Of a DNA stretch of 64,000 bases, positions 48,331 to 56,294 are shown piece after piece. This stretch comes from Comamonas sp. (GTDB lineage Bacteria; Pseudomonadota; Gammaproteobacteria; Burkholderiales; Burkholderiaceae_C). The notes beneath the pieces are model-generated. The model was not told where the DNA came from. It saw only the letters and a list, made by a program, of their open reading frames with translations, and made no database searches. The stretch's first letter is position 1. Every line of letters starts with the position of its first letter. The DNA is taken from positions 34,029-98,028 of the forward strand of contig JBHIXF010000012.1 in the NCBI GenBank assembly GCA_041984925.1, in the 5' to 3' direction. The position numbers and the translations under genes are program-made.

Positions 48331-48493
48331 GCGATCTCTTTCATCCGGACTGTGACCGTCGGCTCTGGCATCTCACCAGATCTGCTGACCCCGGCTGGCC
48401 TTGCGGCCGGCCGGGCGCTCGCGGGCTCCTGCCAGGCCCGACAAGGCCTTGCAGATACCGCCGGTGGGGAATTCCACCCCGCCCTGAGAACGC
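48331..48493 (-). promoter_or_regulatory. FMN riboswitch (RFN element) aptamer
   Basis: The minus strand reads GCGTTCTCAGGGCGGGGTGGAATTCCCCACCGGCGGTA...AGCCCGCGAGCGCC...GGTCAGCAGATCTGGTGAGATGCCAGAGCCGACGGTCACAGTCCGGATGAAAGAGATCGC. This matches the conserved RFN core and P1 pairing (GCGTTCTC/GAGATCGC). It ends 111 nt upstream of the ribH start. Confidence 0.92.
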
Positions 48494-48756
48494 TGCTTCG
48501 CGGCATGCCGACTGCACGACGCAAAGACAGGGGCCATTCTATCGCCGTGTGCAGGCTGCTGCAGCCCATGGCATCGGCGGCGCAGTCCCGCAGCCGGCGT
48601 GCGGCAGTTCCGACATCCGCCGCGCACCCAGGCCCGCACAATCTGCCTGTGCCCTGGCGCGGGGCCCATGCATCCAGCCGCCAGGTCAACCGCCGGAGCG
48701 GGTCGAACGTCATAGGAAAGACCCCCACAGGAACCGCGCCTTTGCCCGGACACACC

Positions 48757-49404
48757 ATGCCCCTGCATATCCACATCACCGGCGCACGTTTGCGCAGCCT
48801 CCGACTGCTGACCAGCATGGGCCTGGCCGCCCTGGTGTCTGCCTGCGCGGTTCCTCCAGAGGACTATCCGCGCGGCAGCTCGACCTACCCGGCCTACCCC
48901 AGCTATCCCGGCAGCAGCTATCCGTCCTATCCCAGCTATCCGTCGGGGGGCGTGATATATCCCGCCCAGCCCGTGTACCGCGACAGCGACTGGTACGAGC
49001 GCCAGCGGCTGGAGCGTGAGCGCGAGCGCCTGCACTACGAACGCGAGCGCATCCAGCAGGAGCGCATCATGCAGGAGCGCGAACGGCACAATTGGGACCG
49101 GGACCGCCAGATGCGCGAGCGCATGCAGGAACAGCAGCGCCGCGATGCCGACCGCCAGCGCGAGCAGCAGCAGCGCGACCAGGACCGCGAGCGCCAGATG
49201 CGCGAGCGGCTGCAGGAACAGCAGCGCCGCGACGCCGAGCGCCAGCGCGAGCAGATGCAGCGCGACCAGGCCCAGCAGCAGCAGCGTGACCGTGAACGCC
49301 AGCAGCGCGACCGCGACCTGCAGCGCGAACGCGAGCGCCAGCAGCGGGAGAGCCAGCAAACCGGCAATCCGTATTCCCCCCAGGACCCGCGCCATTGGCG
49401 TTGA
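48757..49404 (+). CDS. Low-complexity lipoprotein (Tyr/Pro-rich then Arg/Glu/Gln-rich)
   Basis: Signal peptide with lipobox (LAALVSAC), a YP-rich stretch (STYPAYPSYPGSSYPSYPSYP), then ~150 aa dominated by R/E/Q/D with an internal 29-aa tandem repeat. The ORF-track start at 48262 would overlap the riboswitch region and is rejected. Confidence 0.7.
   Translation: MPLHIHITGARLRSLRLLTSMGLAALVSACAVPPEDYPRGSSTYPAYPSYPGSSYPSYPSYPSGGVIYPAQPVYRDSDWYERQRLERERERLHYERERIQQERIMQERERHNWDRDRQMRERMQEQQRRDADRQREQQQRDQDRERQMRERLQEQQRRDAERQREQMQRDQAQQQQRDRERQQRDRDLQRERERQQRESQQTGNPYSPQDPRHWR
49105..49278 (+). repeat. 87-bp tandem duplication (2 copies) inside the lipoprotein gene
   Basis: Copy 1 (49105-49191) and copy 2 (49192-49278) differ at about 10 positions by eye. 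They encode RQMRER(M/L)QEQQRRDA(D/E)RQREQ... Confidence 0.85.
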
Positions 49405-49500
49405 GCCTCCGATGGACGGCGTCCCGGCTTTCGGGGCTGGCGCGATAATCGACGGACTACCGTGCCCATTGGCCACGTTTTGATGGGAAAGGAACCCGCC

Positions 49501-50169
49501 ATGCTCCGCACCACCGATGTGTGCCCGCGCCCCGCCCTGCGATGGACGCTGACTGCGCTGCTTGCAGGCCTGATGGCTGTGCAGGCCCACGAGGCCTGGG
49601 CGCAGGTGGTGCGCTGCACCGACAGCCGGACCGGACGCGTCACCTATACCAACGGCAGCTGCGGCGCGGGGGAGCAACGTGTCCAGGTGCAGGAGGCGCC
49701 CAGCGCCGAGGAGCTGGAGCGCGACCGCGCGCAGGCCGCCGCCGCCATCGAGCGCAAGAACCAGCAGCTGGCGCGCGAGGAGTCCGAACGCCGCGCACGC
49801 GCGCAGCAGCGCGAGCGCGAATCCCGCGAACGCGCCCAGGCCAGCCAGGCGCAGCGCGGCAGCGGGGACTCTCCTGCCTGCCAGCAGGCCAGGCGGCGCC
49901 TGGACGCCATCCTGGCCGAGTCCAGCCCCGACCCCGCCACCTGGGGCACGCGCAGCCAGGCGGCCCAGCAGCAGATGGAGATGGCATGCCTCGGTCCCCA
50001 GGCCTACGAGCAGCTGCAAAGCACGCGCGCGCTGCAGCCCAATGCCATCAACCGCCCCTGGATCGTGGCTCCGCCGCGTCCCCTGCCCCAGCCGCCCGCG
50101 GCCCCCATCACGGGCTGCAACGTCTTTCGCTGCTACGACCGCAACGGCGGCGTGCACCCCATTCCCTGA
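49501..50169 (+). CDS. DUF4124-like secreted protein
   Basis: Start at the ATG at 49501, signal peptide ending AWA, then VVRCTDSRTGRVTYTNGSC (DUF4124-type motif), an ER-rich segment and a Cys-containing C-terminus. Confidence 0.7.
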   Translation: MLRTTDVCPRPALRWTLTALLAGLMAVQAHEAWAQVVRCTDSRTGRVTYTNGSCGAGEQRVQVQEAPSAEELERDRAQAAAAIERKNQQLAREESERRARAQQRERESRERAQASQAQRGSGDSPACQQARRRLDAILAESSPDPATWGTRSQAAQQQMEMACLGPQAYEQLQSTRALQPNAINRPWIVAPPRPLPQPPAAPITGCNVFRCYDRNGGVHPIP

Positions 50170-50182
50170 GACCGGCGCCTGC

Positions 50183-51133
50183 TCAGCGCGCCGCCAGGCC
50201 CTGGGCCACGGTCGGATGGCGCAGGCGCAGGCCCAGCTCCCGCTTGAGCCGGCCATTGCGCAGCCGGCGCGACTCGCCCATGAAGCTCAGCAGGCTGGCG
50301 GGCAGCGCCTCTTGCGCCTGCGCGCGCGGCAGCCGCGGCGGCCGGGGCAGGCCGTAGAGGTCGGCCGCCAGGTCGAAGTAGTCGCCCATGCGCAGCTCGG
50401 TGTCATCGCTGGCATGGTAGATGCGCTGCGGCCGGCCGCGCCACAGCGCAAGCAGGCAGGCGCGCGCCAGGTCATCGGCATGGATGTGGTTGGTGTAGAC
50501 ATCGTCCTGCGCCTGCAGCACAGGCGTGCCGCGCAGCAGCCGCGCACGCGGCGTGCCGCCCTCCCGGTCATTGGCATAGATGCCGGGAATGCGCAGGATG
50601 CTGGCGCGCATCCCCGCGCGCCCGGCAAAGCGCACGGCGCGCTCGGCATTGGCGCGCCTTTGCGCGCGCGCGGTGGCGGGCGCGATGGTGCGGCTTTCGT
50701 CCACCCAGTCGCCACCGCAGTCGCCATAGACCCCCGATGTCGATGCATAGACCAGGCTGGCGGGCAGGGCGCGGCGGCGCAGCGCGCCCAGCAAGGCGCT
50801 GGTGCGCGGGTCCAGCCATTCGCCCTGGCTGCCGGCGGGCGGCCCGGGCGGCGGAGCCAGGTGCACCACCCGCGTGGCCAGGCCCGCCAGGCGCCGCAGC
50901 GAGGCAGGCGCATCCAGGTCGCCGGCCAGCGGCGTGATGCCGCGCTCGCGCAGCGCCTGCATGCGCGCGTGCGAGCGGGCCAGTGCCAGCACGCGCGGGC
51001 CATGGCGCGCCGGGGAGCCTCCTGCCAGCGCGCCGGCCACGCGCAGACCGACGTCGCCGCAGCCGATGATGAGCACCCGTTCACGTCGAAAGCGCGCCGG
51101 CAGCGCGCCCAGTGGGTTTTGGTTTGAGGGCAA
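50183..51133 (-). CDS. NAD-dependent epimerase/dehydratase-family (SDR) protein
   Basis: Rossmann motif VLIIGCGDVGLRVA near the N-terminus and a YxxxK-type region (STSGVYGD). No ATG is in range: candidate starts are TTG at 51133 or GTG at 51076. The longer ORF-track frame to 52393 is antisense to a real gene. Confidence 0.7.
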   Translation of the reverse strand: MPSNQNPLGALPARFRRERVLIIGCGDVGLRVAGALAGGSPARHGPRVLALARSHARMQALRERGITPLAGDLDAPASLRRLAGLATRVVHLAPPPGPPAGSQGEWLDPRTSALLGALRRRALPASLVYASTSGVYGDCGGDWVDESRTIAPATARAQRRANAERAVRFAGRAGMRASILRIPGIYANDREGGTPRARLLRGTPVLQAQDDVYTNHIHADDLARACLLALWRGRPQRIYHASDDTELRMGDYFDLAADLYGLPRPPRLPRAQAQEALPASLLSFMGESRRLRNGRLKRELGLRLRHPTVAQGLAAR

Positions 51134-51262
51134 AATCCAGGCCTGTTGCAAGGGCGGCCTGCCGTGCGCCGCGGATCGCGGCAGCGGCAGGCATGCCCGG
51201 GAAAGAAGAATGCGGCGCGCCCAGGGCGGCCCGCGCTGACGCCCCAAGGATACCGAGAGAAC

Positions 51263-52315
51263 ATGACCGAGATCGCCAACGCCTCCCACGAAATCACCGT
51301 ACAGCCCAGCGGCCGCGCCTTCAGCGCCCAGGGTGACGAAACCATCCTGTCGGCGGCCATCCGCGCAGGCGTGGGCCTGCCCTACGGCTGCAAGGACGGA
51401 GCCTGCGGCTCCTGCAAGTGCAGGAAGCTGGTCGGCCACGTCACGCATGGCGCGCACTCCGACAAGGCCCTGACCGCCCAGGAAGAGGCCGACGGCTATG
51501 TGCTGACCTGCTGCGCCACGGCCCGGTCGGCCGTGGTGCTGGAGTCGCGCCAGGTCACCGATGCCAGCGCCTTCCCGATCAAGAAGATGCCCGTGCGCGT
51601 GGCTGCGCTGGAGAAGAAGTCGCATGACGTGATGCAGGTGCGCCTGCAGCTGCCGGCCGCCGACAAGTTCCGCTACCACGCAGGCCAGTATGTGGAGTTC
51701 ATCCTGCGCGACGGCGCCCGCCGCGCCTACTCCATGGCCACGGCCCCGCATGTCCAGGACACGGCGCCGGGCCTGGAGCTGCACATCCGCCACATGCCCG
51801 GCGGCAAGTTCACCGACCATGTGTTCGCGGGCCTGAAGGAAAAGGAAATCCTGCGCGTGGAAGGGCCGTTCGGCAGCTTCTTCCTGCGCGAGGACAGCGA
51901 CAAGCCCATCGTCCTGCTGGCCTCGGGCACGGGCTTCGCGCCCATCAAGGCCCTGATCGAGCACATGCGCCACAAGGGCATCGCGCGGCCCGTGGCGTTC
52001 TACTGGGGCGGGCGCCGGCCAGAGGACCTGTACCTGGACGCCTGGGTGCGCGAGCAGGCCGCCGCCATGCCCTCGCTCAATTACGTCCCCGTGGTCTCCG
52101 ACGCACTGCCCGAAGACGGCTGGAGCGGGCGCACCGGCTTCGTGCACAAGGCGGTGATGGAGGACTTCGCCGACCTGTCGGGCCATCAGGTCTATGCCTG
52201 CGGCGCACCCATCGTGGTCGATTCGGCACGGCAGGCCTACGTGGAGCAGCGCGGCCTGCCCGCCGAAGAGTTCTACGCGGACGCGTTCACCTCGGAAGCC
52301 GACAAGGCTTGCTGA
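51263..52315 (+). CDS. Ferredoxin-NAD(P)H oxidoreductase, plant-type 2Fe-2S plus FNR-like domains (CDP-6-deoxy-delta-3,4-glucoseen reductase-like)
   Basis: 350-aa product from the ATG at 51263. 2Fe-2S ligands (CKDGACGSCKC...C), FAD site (RAYSMA), NAD site (LLASGTGFAP). Confidence 0.85.
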   Translation: MTEIANASHEITVQPSGRAFSAQGDETILSAAIRAGVGLPYGCKDGACGSCKCRKLVGHVTHGAHSDKALTAQEEADGYVLTCCATARSAVVLESRQVTDASAFPIKKMPVRVAALEKKSHDVMQVRLQLPAADKFRYHAGQYVEFILRDGARRAYSMATAPHVQDTAPGLELHIRHMPGGKFTDHVFAGLKEKEILRVEGPFGSFFLREDSDKPIVLLASGTGFAPIKALIEHMRHKGIARPVAFYWGGRRPEDLYLDAWVREQAAAMPSLNYVPVVSDALPEDGWSGRTGFVHKAVMEDFADLSGHQVYACGAPIVVDSARQAYVEQRGLPAEEFYADAFTSEADKAC

Positions 52316-52416
52316 GCGCGCCCCGGGCCCGCACAGATCAAGCTGCGCGCAGAAAAATTGCTTCACATACCTGCGCCCGGCCAGGTGCCGCAATTTTTTT
52401 GCACAATAGCGCCCCT

Positions 52417-53385
52417 ATGAACCGTAGAAACAGCCTTCTCTCGGTCATGGCGGCCGCTGCTGCCCTGGCCTCCCCGCTTGCCCTGGCGCAAGAGCCCATC
52501 CGCCTGATCGTGCCCTACGCGCCCGGCGGCCCGATCGACATCACCGCGCGTGCGCTGGCCGAGCGGGTGCGCGACTCCCTGGGCGTGGTCATCATCGACA
52601 ACCGGGCCGGCGCGGGCGGCAACATCGGCGCCGACGCCATCGCGCGCGCCACGCCGGACGGCCTGACCATCGGCATCTCCGCCACGGCCACCCATGCCGT
52701 CAACCCCTGGCTCTACACCAAGATGCCCTATGACGCGGGCAAGGACTTCGCGGGCATCACCCAGATGGTGCGCGTGCCCAATGTGCTGGTCATGAATGCG
52801 GCGCGCGCGGAGCAGCTCAAGATCCACAGCGTGGCCGACCTGATCGCCTACGCCAAGGCCCACCCCGCCAAGCTCAACTACGGCAGCGGCGGCAATGGCA
52901 GCGCTGGCCATCTGGCCGGCGAGATGCTCAAGCAAAAGGCCGGCATCTTCGCGCTGCACGTGCCCTACCGCGGCGCCAACCCCGCCCAGCTGGCGCTGCT
53001 GTCGGGCGAGGTGGATTTCAACATCGACAACCTGGCCGCCGCCGCGCCCAACATCCGCTCTGGCAAGCTCAAGGCCCTGGCCGTGACCTCGCTGAACCCC
53101 AGCCCGCTGCTGCCCGGCGTGCCTGCGCTGTCCAAGACCTTCCCGGGCTTTGCCATCGACACCTGGTGGGGCCTGGTCGCTCCCGCCGGCACCCCCAAGC
53201 CCGTGCTGGACAAGCTGAGCCGGGCCTTCTCGGAGGCCCTGGCCGCGCCCGAGACCAAGACCCGCTTCGAGCTGCTGATGGCCGAGCCCGTGGCCTCGAC
53301 CCCGGCCGAGTTCGACCGGTTCATGGCCGCCGAGCGCGCCAAGTACCAGCCCATCGTCAAGGCCTCGGGCGCAAAAGTCGATTGA
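52417..53385 (+). CDS. Bug family (TctC-like) substrate-binding protein
   Basis: Start at the ATG at 52417, signal peptide, then IRLIVPYAPGGPIDITARALAE and VPYRGANPAQLALLSGEVDFNIDN. Confidence 0.9.
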   Translation: MNRRNSLLSVMAAAAALASPLALAQEPIRLIVPYAPGGPIDITARALAERVRDSLGVVIIDNRAGAGGNIGADAIARATPDGLTIGISATATHAVNPWLYTKMPYDAGKDFAGITQMVRVPNVLVMNAARAEQLKIHSVADLIAYAKAHPAKLNYGSGGNGSAGHLAGEMLKQKAGIFALHVPYRGANPAQLALLSGEVDFNIDNLAAAAPNIRSGKLKALAVTSLNPSPLLPGVPALSKTFPGFAIDTWWGLVAPAGTPKPVLDKLSRAFSEALAAPETKTRFELLMAEPVASTPAEFDRFMAAERAKYQPIVKASGAKVD

Positions 53386-53401
53386 CGCACCCGGATCCGT
53401 G

Positions 53402-53438
53402 AAAAGGCCGCGGCCGCCACATGGCGCCGCGGCCTTTT
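53402..53438. terminator. Bidirectional terminator between the Bug SBP gene and folK
   Basis: AAAA-GGCCGCGGC...GCCGCGGCC-TTTT (9-bp stem). Confidence 0.7.
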
Positions 53439-53462
53439 GGCCTTTTGGCCTTTTGGCCTTTT
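53431..53462. repeat. Octanucleotide microsatellite (GGCCTTTT)x4
   Basis: Four perfect head-to-tail copies. The first copy forms the 3' half of the terminator stem plus its T-tract. Confidence 0.95.
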
Positions 53463-53477
53463 GCATTGGGGAAGGCT

Positions 53478-53975
53478 TCAAGCGCCGCGCCGATGCCAGC
53501 CGGCCGCCTCGGCCAGGCGGATGCCCTGCCCTTGCACCGCCCGCAGCTGAGCAGGCGTGACGCGCTGCGGCGCGATCTCGGCCAGGGGCACCAGCACGAA
53601 GGCACGCTCGTACATGCGGGGATGCGGCACGCACAGGCGCGGCCCGTCCAAGCGCTCGTCGCCCCACAGCTCGATGTCCAGGTCCAGGGTGCGCGGCGCG
53701 TTGCGGTAGGGCCGCTCGCGCCCGGCCGCCAGCTCGATGGCCTGCAGTGCGTCGAGCAGCGCCAGCGGCGCCAGCGTGGTGCGCACGGCCGCCACCGCAT
53801 TCAGGTAATCGGGCCCGCTGGAGTCGACGGGTGCCGTGCTGTAGAGCGAGGACACGGCCACGAGGCCGGTGTCCGGCAGGCCGGCGATGGCCTCGACGGC
53901 CCGGGCCAGGGCCTGGCCCCGGTCACCGAGATTGGCCCCGAGGCCGATCGCGACCCAATCGCCCGCTTCAGTCAT
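53478..53975 (-). CDS. folK: 2-amino-4-hydroxy-6-hydroxymethyldihydropteridine diphosphokinase
   Basis: Start at the ATG at 53975 (MTEAGDWVAIGLGANLGD). HPPK blocks (PDYLNAV, RTLDLDI, VPHPRMYERAFVLVPLAEI). The start overlaps the pcnB stop by 8 nt. Confidence 0.9.
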   Translation of the reverse strand: MTEAGDWVAIGLGANLGDRGQALARAVEAIAGLPDTGLVAVSSLYSTAPVDSSGPDYLNAVAAVRTTLAPLALLDALQAIELAAGRERPYRNAPRTLDLDIELWGDERLDGPRLCVPHPRMYERAFVLVPLAEIAPQRVTPAQLRAVQGQGIRLAEAAGWHRRGA

Positions 53976-55554
53976 CGCCGCCCGTGGCGGCGCCATCACC
54001 GCCGCCCTGGGGCTTGCGGCGCCGGCGCCTGCGCTTCTTGGGCGCAGCGCCTTCTTCGCCAGCGGCCTGCGGCAGTGCCGCGGCCTCCTGCGCGCCGGCT
54101 TCGGAGACGTTCACGCCTTCGCGCGGCTGCCTGGCCTTGGCCACGCGGTGCACCTTGGGCTCGGCGCTGCGCTGGCGCGCGCGCTGCTCGTCGCGGGCCT
54201 GGGCGATCAGGTCGTCGCGGCGCGCATCGTCGGCGTTCTGGAATTCCTGCCACCAGCTGGCCAGGCTTTCCTCGACTTCGCCGATGTCGGCGCGCAGCCG
54301 CATGAAGTCGAAGCCCGCGCGAAAGCGAGGCTGGGCCACCAGGCCGAACGGCGTGGCACCGGTGCGCTTGTCGAAGCGCGGCTGCATGACCCAGATCTCG
54401 CGCATGTCGGCCGCCAGCTTGCCCCGGCCCGACACATCGCCGATGCGCTGCTCGAACACCTCGTCAATCGACTCCTGCAGTGCCGGAAAAGGATGCTGGC
54501 GCTGGTTCAGGCGCCGCTCCCAGCCGGTCTTGACGTCCTGCCACAGCACGCAGGCCAGCAGGAAGCTGGGCGCCACGGGCTTGCCTTCCTCGACGCGGCG
54601 GTCCGTATCGGTCAGCGCCGCCTGCACGAAGGGATGGTCGGCACGCTCGACCACCACGTCCAGCAGCGAATAGATGCCGCGCGCCAGTCCCAGGCCGCGC
54701 AGCTGCTCGATGGACGCCAGCGCGTGGCCGGTCTGCAGCAGCTTGAGCATTTCGTCGAACAGGCGGCTTTGCGGCACATCGGCCAGCAGCGGCTCGCATT
54801 CGATCAGCGGCTTGGCGGACTTGGGCTCGATCTTGAAGCCCTTGCCCTGCAGCTTGGCCGCGAAGCGCACGGCGCGGATGATGCGCACCGGGTCCTCGCG
54901 GTAGCGCGTGGCCGGGTCGCCGATCATGCGCAGCACGCGCTTCTTGGCGTCGTCTATGCCCTTGTGGTAGTCGACCACGATCTGCGTGCGCGGGTCGTAG
55001 TACATGGCGTTGATGGTGAAGTCGCGGCGCGTGGCGTCCTGGTCCTGCGGGCCCCAGACGTTGTCGCGCAGCACGCGGCCGCTGGCGTCCACGGCATGCT
55101 GCATGCCGGCCAGCTGGGCCTTGCTGGTGCGCTCGTTGCCGCTGACGGCCTCGGCCGCGCTGTTGTCCAGGAAGGCGCGGAAGGTGGAGACCTCGATGAC
55201 CTCGTTCTCCCGGCCCCGGCCATAGACCACGTGCACGATGCGAAAGCGCTTGCCGATGATGAAAGCGCGGCGGAACAGCGCCTTGACCTGCTCGGGCGTG
55301 GCATTGGTGGCCACGTCGAAGTCCTTGGGGCGCAGGCCCAGCAGCAGGTCGCGCACGGCGCCGCCGACGATGTAGGCCTCGTAGCCCGCCTCCTGCAGGG
55401 TCTCCACCACGTCGATGGCACGCCGGTCCACGAGGCTGGGGTCGATGCCGTGCACCTGCACCGGCACTTCCTCGCGCTTGCCGAAGCGCGGCTTGCGCGA
55501 ACGCGGCGCGGCCGGTGTCTTTCCGAGCAGCTTGTCGATGAATGTCTTGATCAT
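53968..55554 (-). CDS. pcnB: Poly(A) polymerase I
   Basis: Start at the ATG at 55554 (MIKTFIDKLLGK...). Nucleotidyltransferase core (YIVGGAVRDLLLGLRPKDFDVATNATPEQV) and a basic C-terminal tail. The pcnB-folK order is conserved. Confidence 0.93.
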   Translation of the reverse strand: MIKTFIDKLLGKTPAAPRSRKPRFGKREEVPVQVHGIDPSLVDRRAIDVVETLQEAGYEAYIVGGAVRDLLLGLRPKDFDVATNATPEQVKALFRRAFIIGKRFRIVHVVYGRGRENEVIEVSTFRAFLDNSAAEAVSGNERTSKAQLAGMQHAVDASGRVLRDNVWGPQDQDATRRDFTINAMYYDPRTQIVVDYHKGIDDAKKRVLRMIGDPATRYREDPVRIIRAVRFAAKLQGKGFKIEPKSAKPLIECEPLLADVPQSRLFDEMLKLLQTGHALASIEQLRGLGLARGIYSLLDVVVERADHPFVQAALTDTDRRVEEGKPVAPSFLLACVLWQDVKTGWERRLNQRQHPFPALQESIDEVFEQRIGDVSGRGKLAADMREIWVMQPRFDKRTGATPFGLVAQPRFRAGFDFMRLRADIGEVEESLASWWQEFQNADDARRDDLIAQARDEQRARQRSAEPKVHRVAKARQPREGVNVSEAGAQEAAALPQAAGEEGAAPKKRRRRRRKPQGGGDGAATGGDD

Positions 55555-56252
55555 GGGGCTTCGCCAAACAGGTCCAGTATGCGCCAGCCCCGTTCGCGGG
55601 CCAGGGCGCGCAGCCGCGCGTCGGGGTTGGTGGCCACGGGGTGGTCCACGCGTTCGAGCAGGGGCACGTCGTTCCAGGAGTCGCTGTAGAAGAAGCTCTC
55701 CACACCGCTCCAGTCCAGGCCGCGCGCATCCAGCCACTGCTGCATGCGCTGCACCTTGCCTTCGCGCATGCTGGGCGTGCCCAGGATCTCACCCGTGAAC
55801 CAGCCCGCGCCATCGCGCTGCAGCTCGACGGCGATCAGCTCCTGCACGCCCAGCGCACGGGCGATGGGGCGCGTCACGAATTCGTTGGTGGCCGTGACGA
55901 TGATGATCTGGTCGCCCGCCTGCTGGTGCTCGCGCAGCAGCGCCAGCGCCTGCGGGCGGATGGCAGGCTCGATCACCTCGCGCATGAAGCGCGCATGGGC
56001 CTGCTGCGCCTGCTGGGCGCCGCGCCGGCAAAAGGCCTCGGTCGCAAAGCGCACGTAGTCGTGCACGTCGAGCGTGCCGGCCTGGTAGTGGGCGAAGAAT
56101 TCGGCATTGCGCCGGCCGAACTCGGCGGGGTCGGTCCAACCGATGCGGGTCGTGAACTCACCCCATTCATAGTCCGAGTCGAGCGGCAGCAGGGTGTGGT
56201 CCAGATCGAACAACGCCAGCCGCGGCCGGGGTTGCTTCTGTTCAGAGGTCAT
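55551..56252 (-). CDS. HAD-IB family hydrolase (phosphoserine-phosphatase-like)
   Basis: Start at the ATG at 56252. DxD motif LALFDLDHTLLPLDSDYEW, then VTATNEF and YSDSWNDVPLL. The stop overlaps the pcnB start (ATGA). Confidence 0.85.
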   Translation of the reverse strand: MTSEQKQPRPRLALFDLDHTLLPLDSDYEWGEFTTRIGWTDPAEFGRRNAEFFAHYQAGTLDVHDYVRFATEAFCRRGAQQAQQAHARFMREVIEPAIRPQALALLREHQQAGDQIIIVTATNEFVTRPIARALGVQELIAVELQRDGAGWFTGEILGTPSMREGKVQRMQQWLDARGLDWSGVESFFYSDSWNDVPLLERVDHPVATNPDARLRALARERGWRILDLFGEAP

Positions 56253-56294
56253 GCAGTTCCCAGAAAAGGCTGGACCCCGGCGCGGCACTCGGGC

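Noticed and set aside
48262-48756. The N-terminal 165 codons of the 380-aa ORF-track frame preceding the lipoprotein gene.
   Set aside because: This part overlaps the FMN riboswitch and ribH start region on the opposite strand and has Arg/Pro/Ala-rich non-protein-like composition. The lipoprotein signal peptide begins at the internal ATG at 48757.
49105-49278. Tandem 87-bp repeat considered as a possible CRISPR-like or minisatellite locus.
   Set aside because: There are only two copies, no spacers, and the repeat lies fully in frame within a coding sequence (a 29-aa protein repeat). No cas genes occur anywhere in the window.
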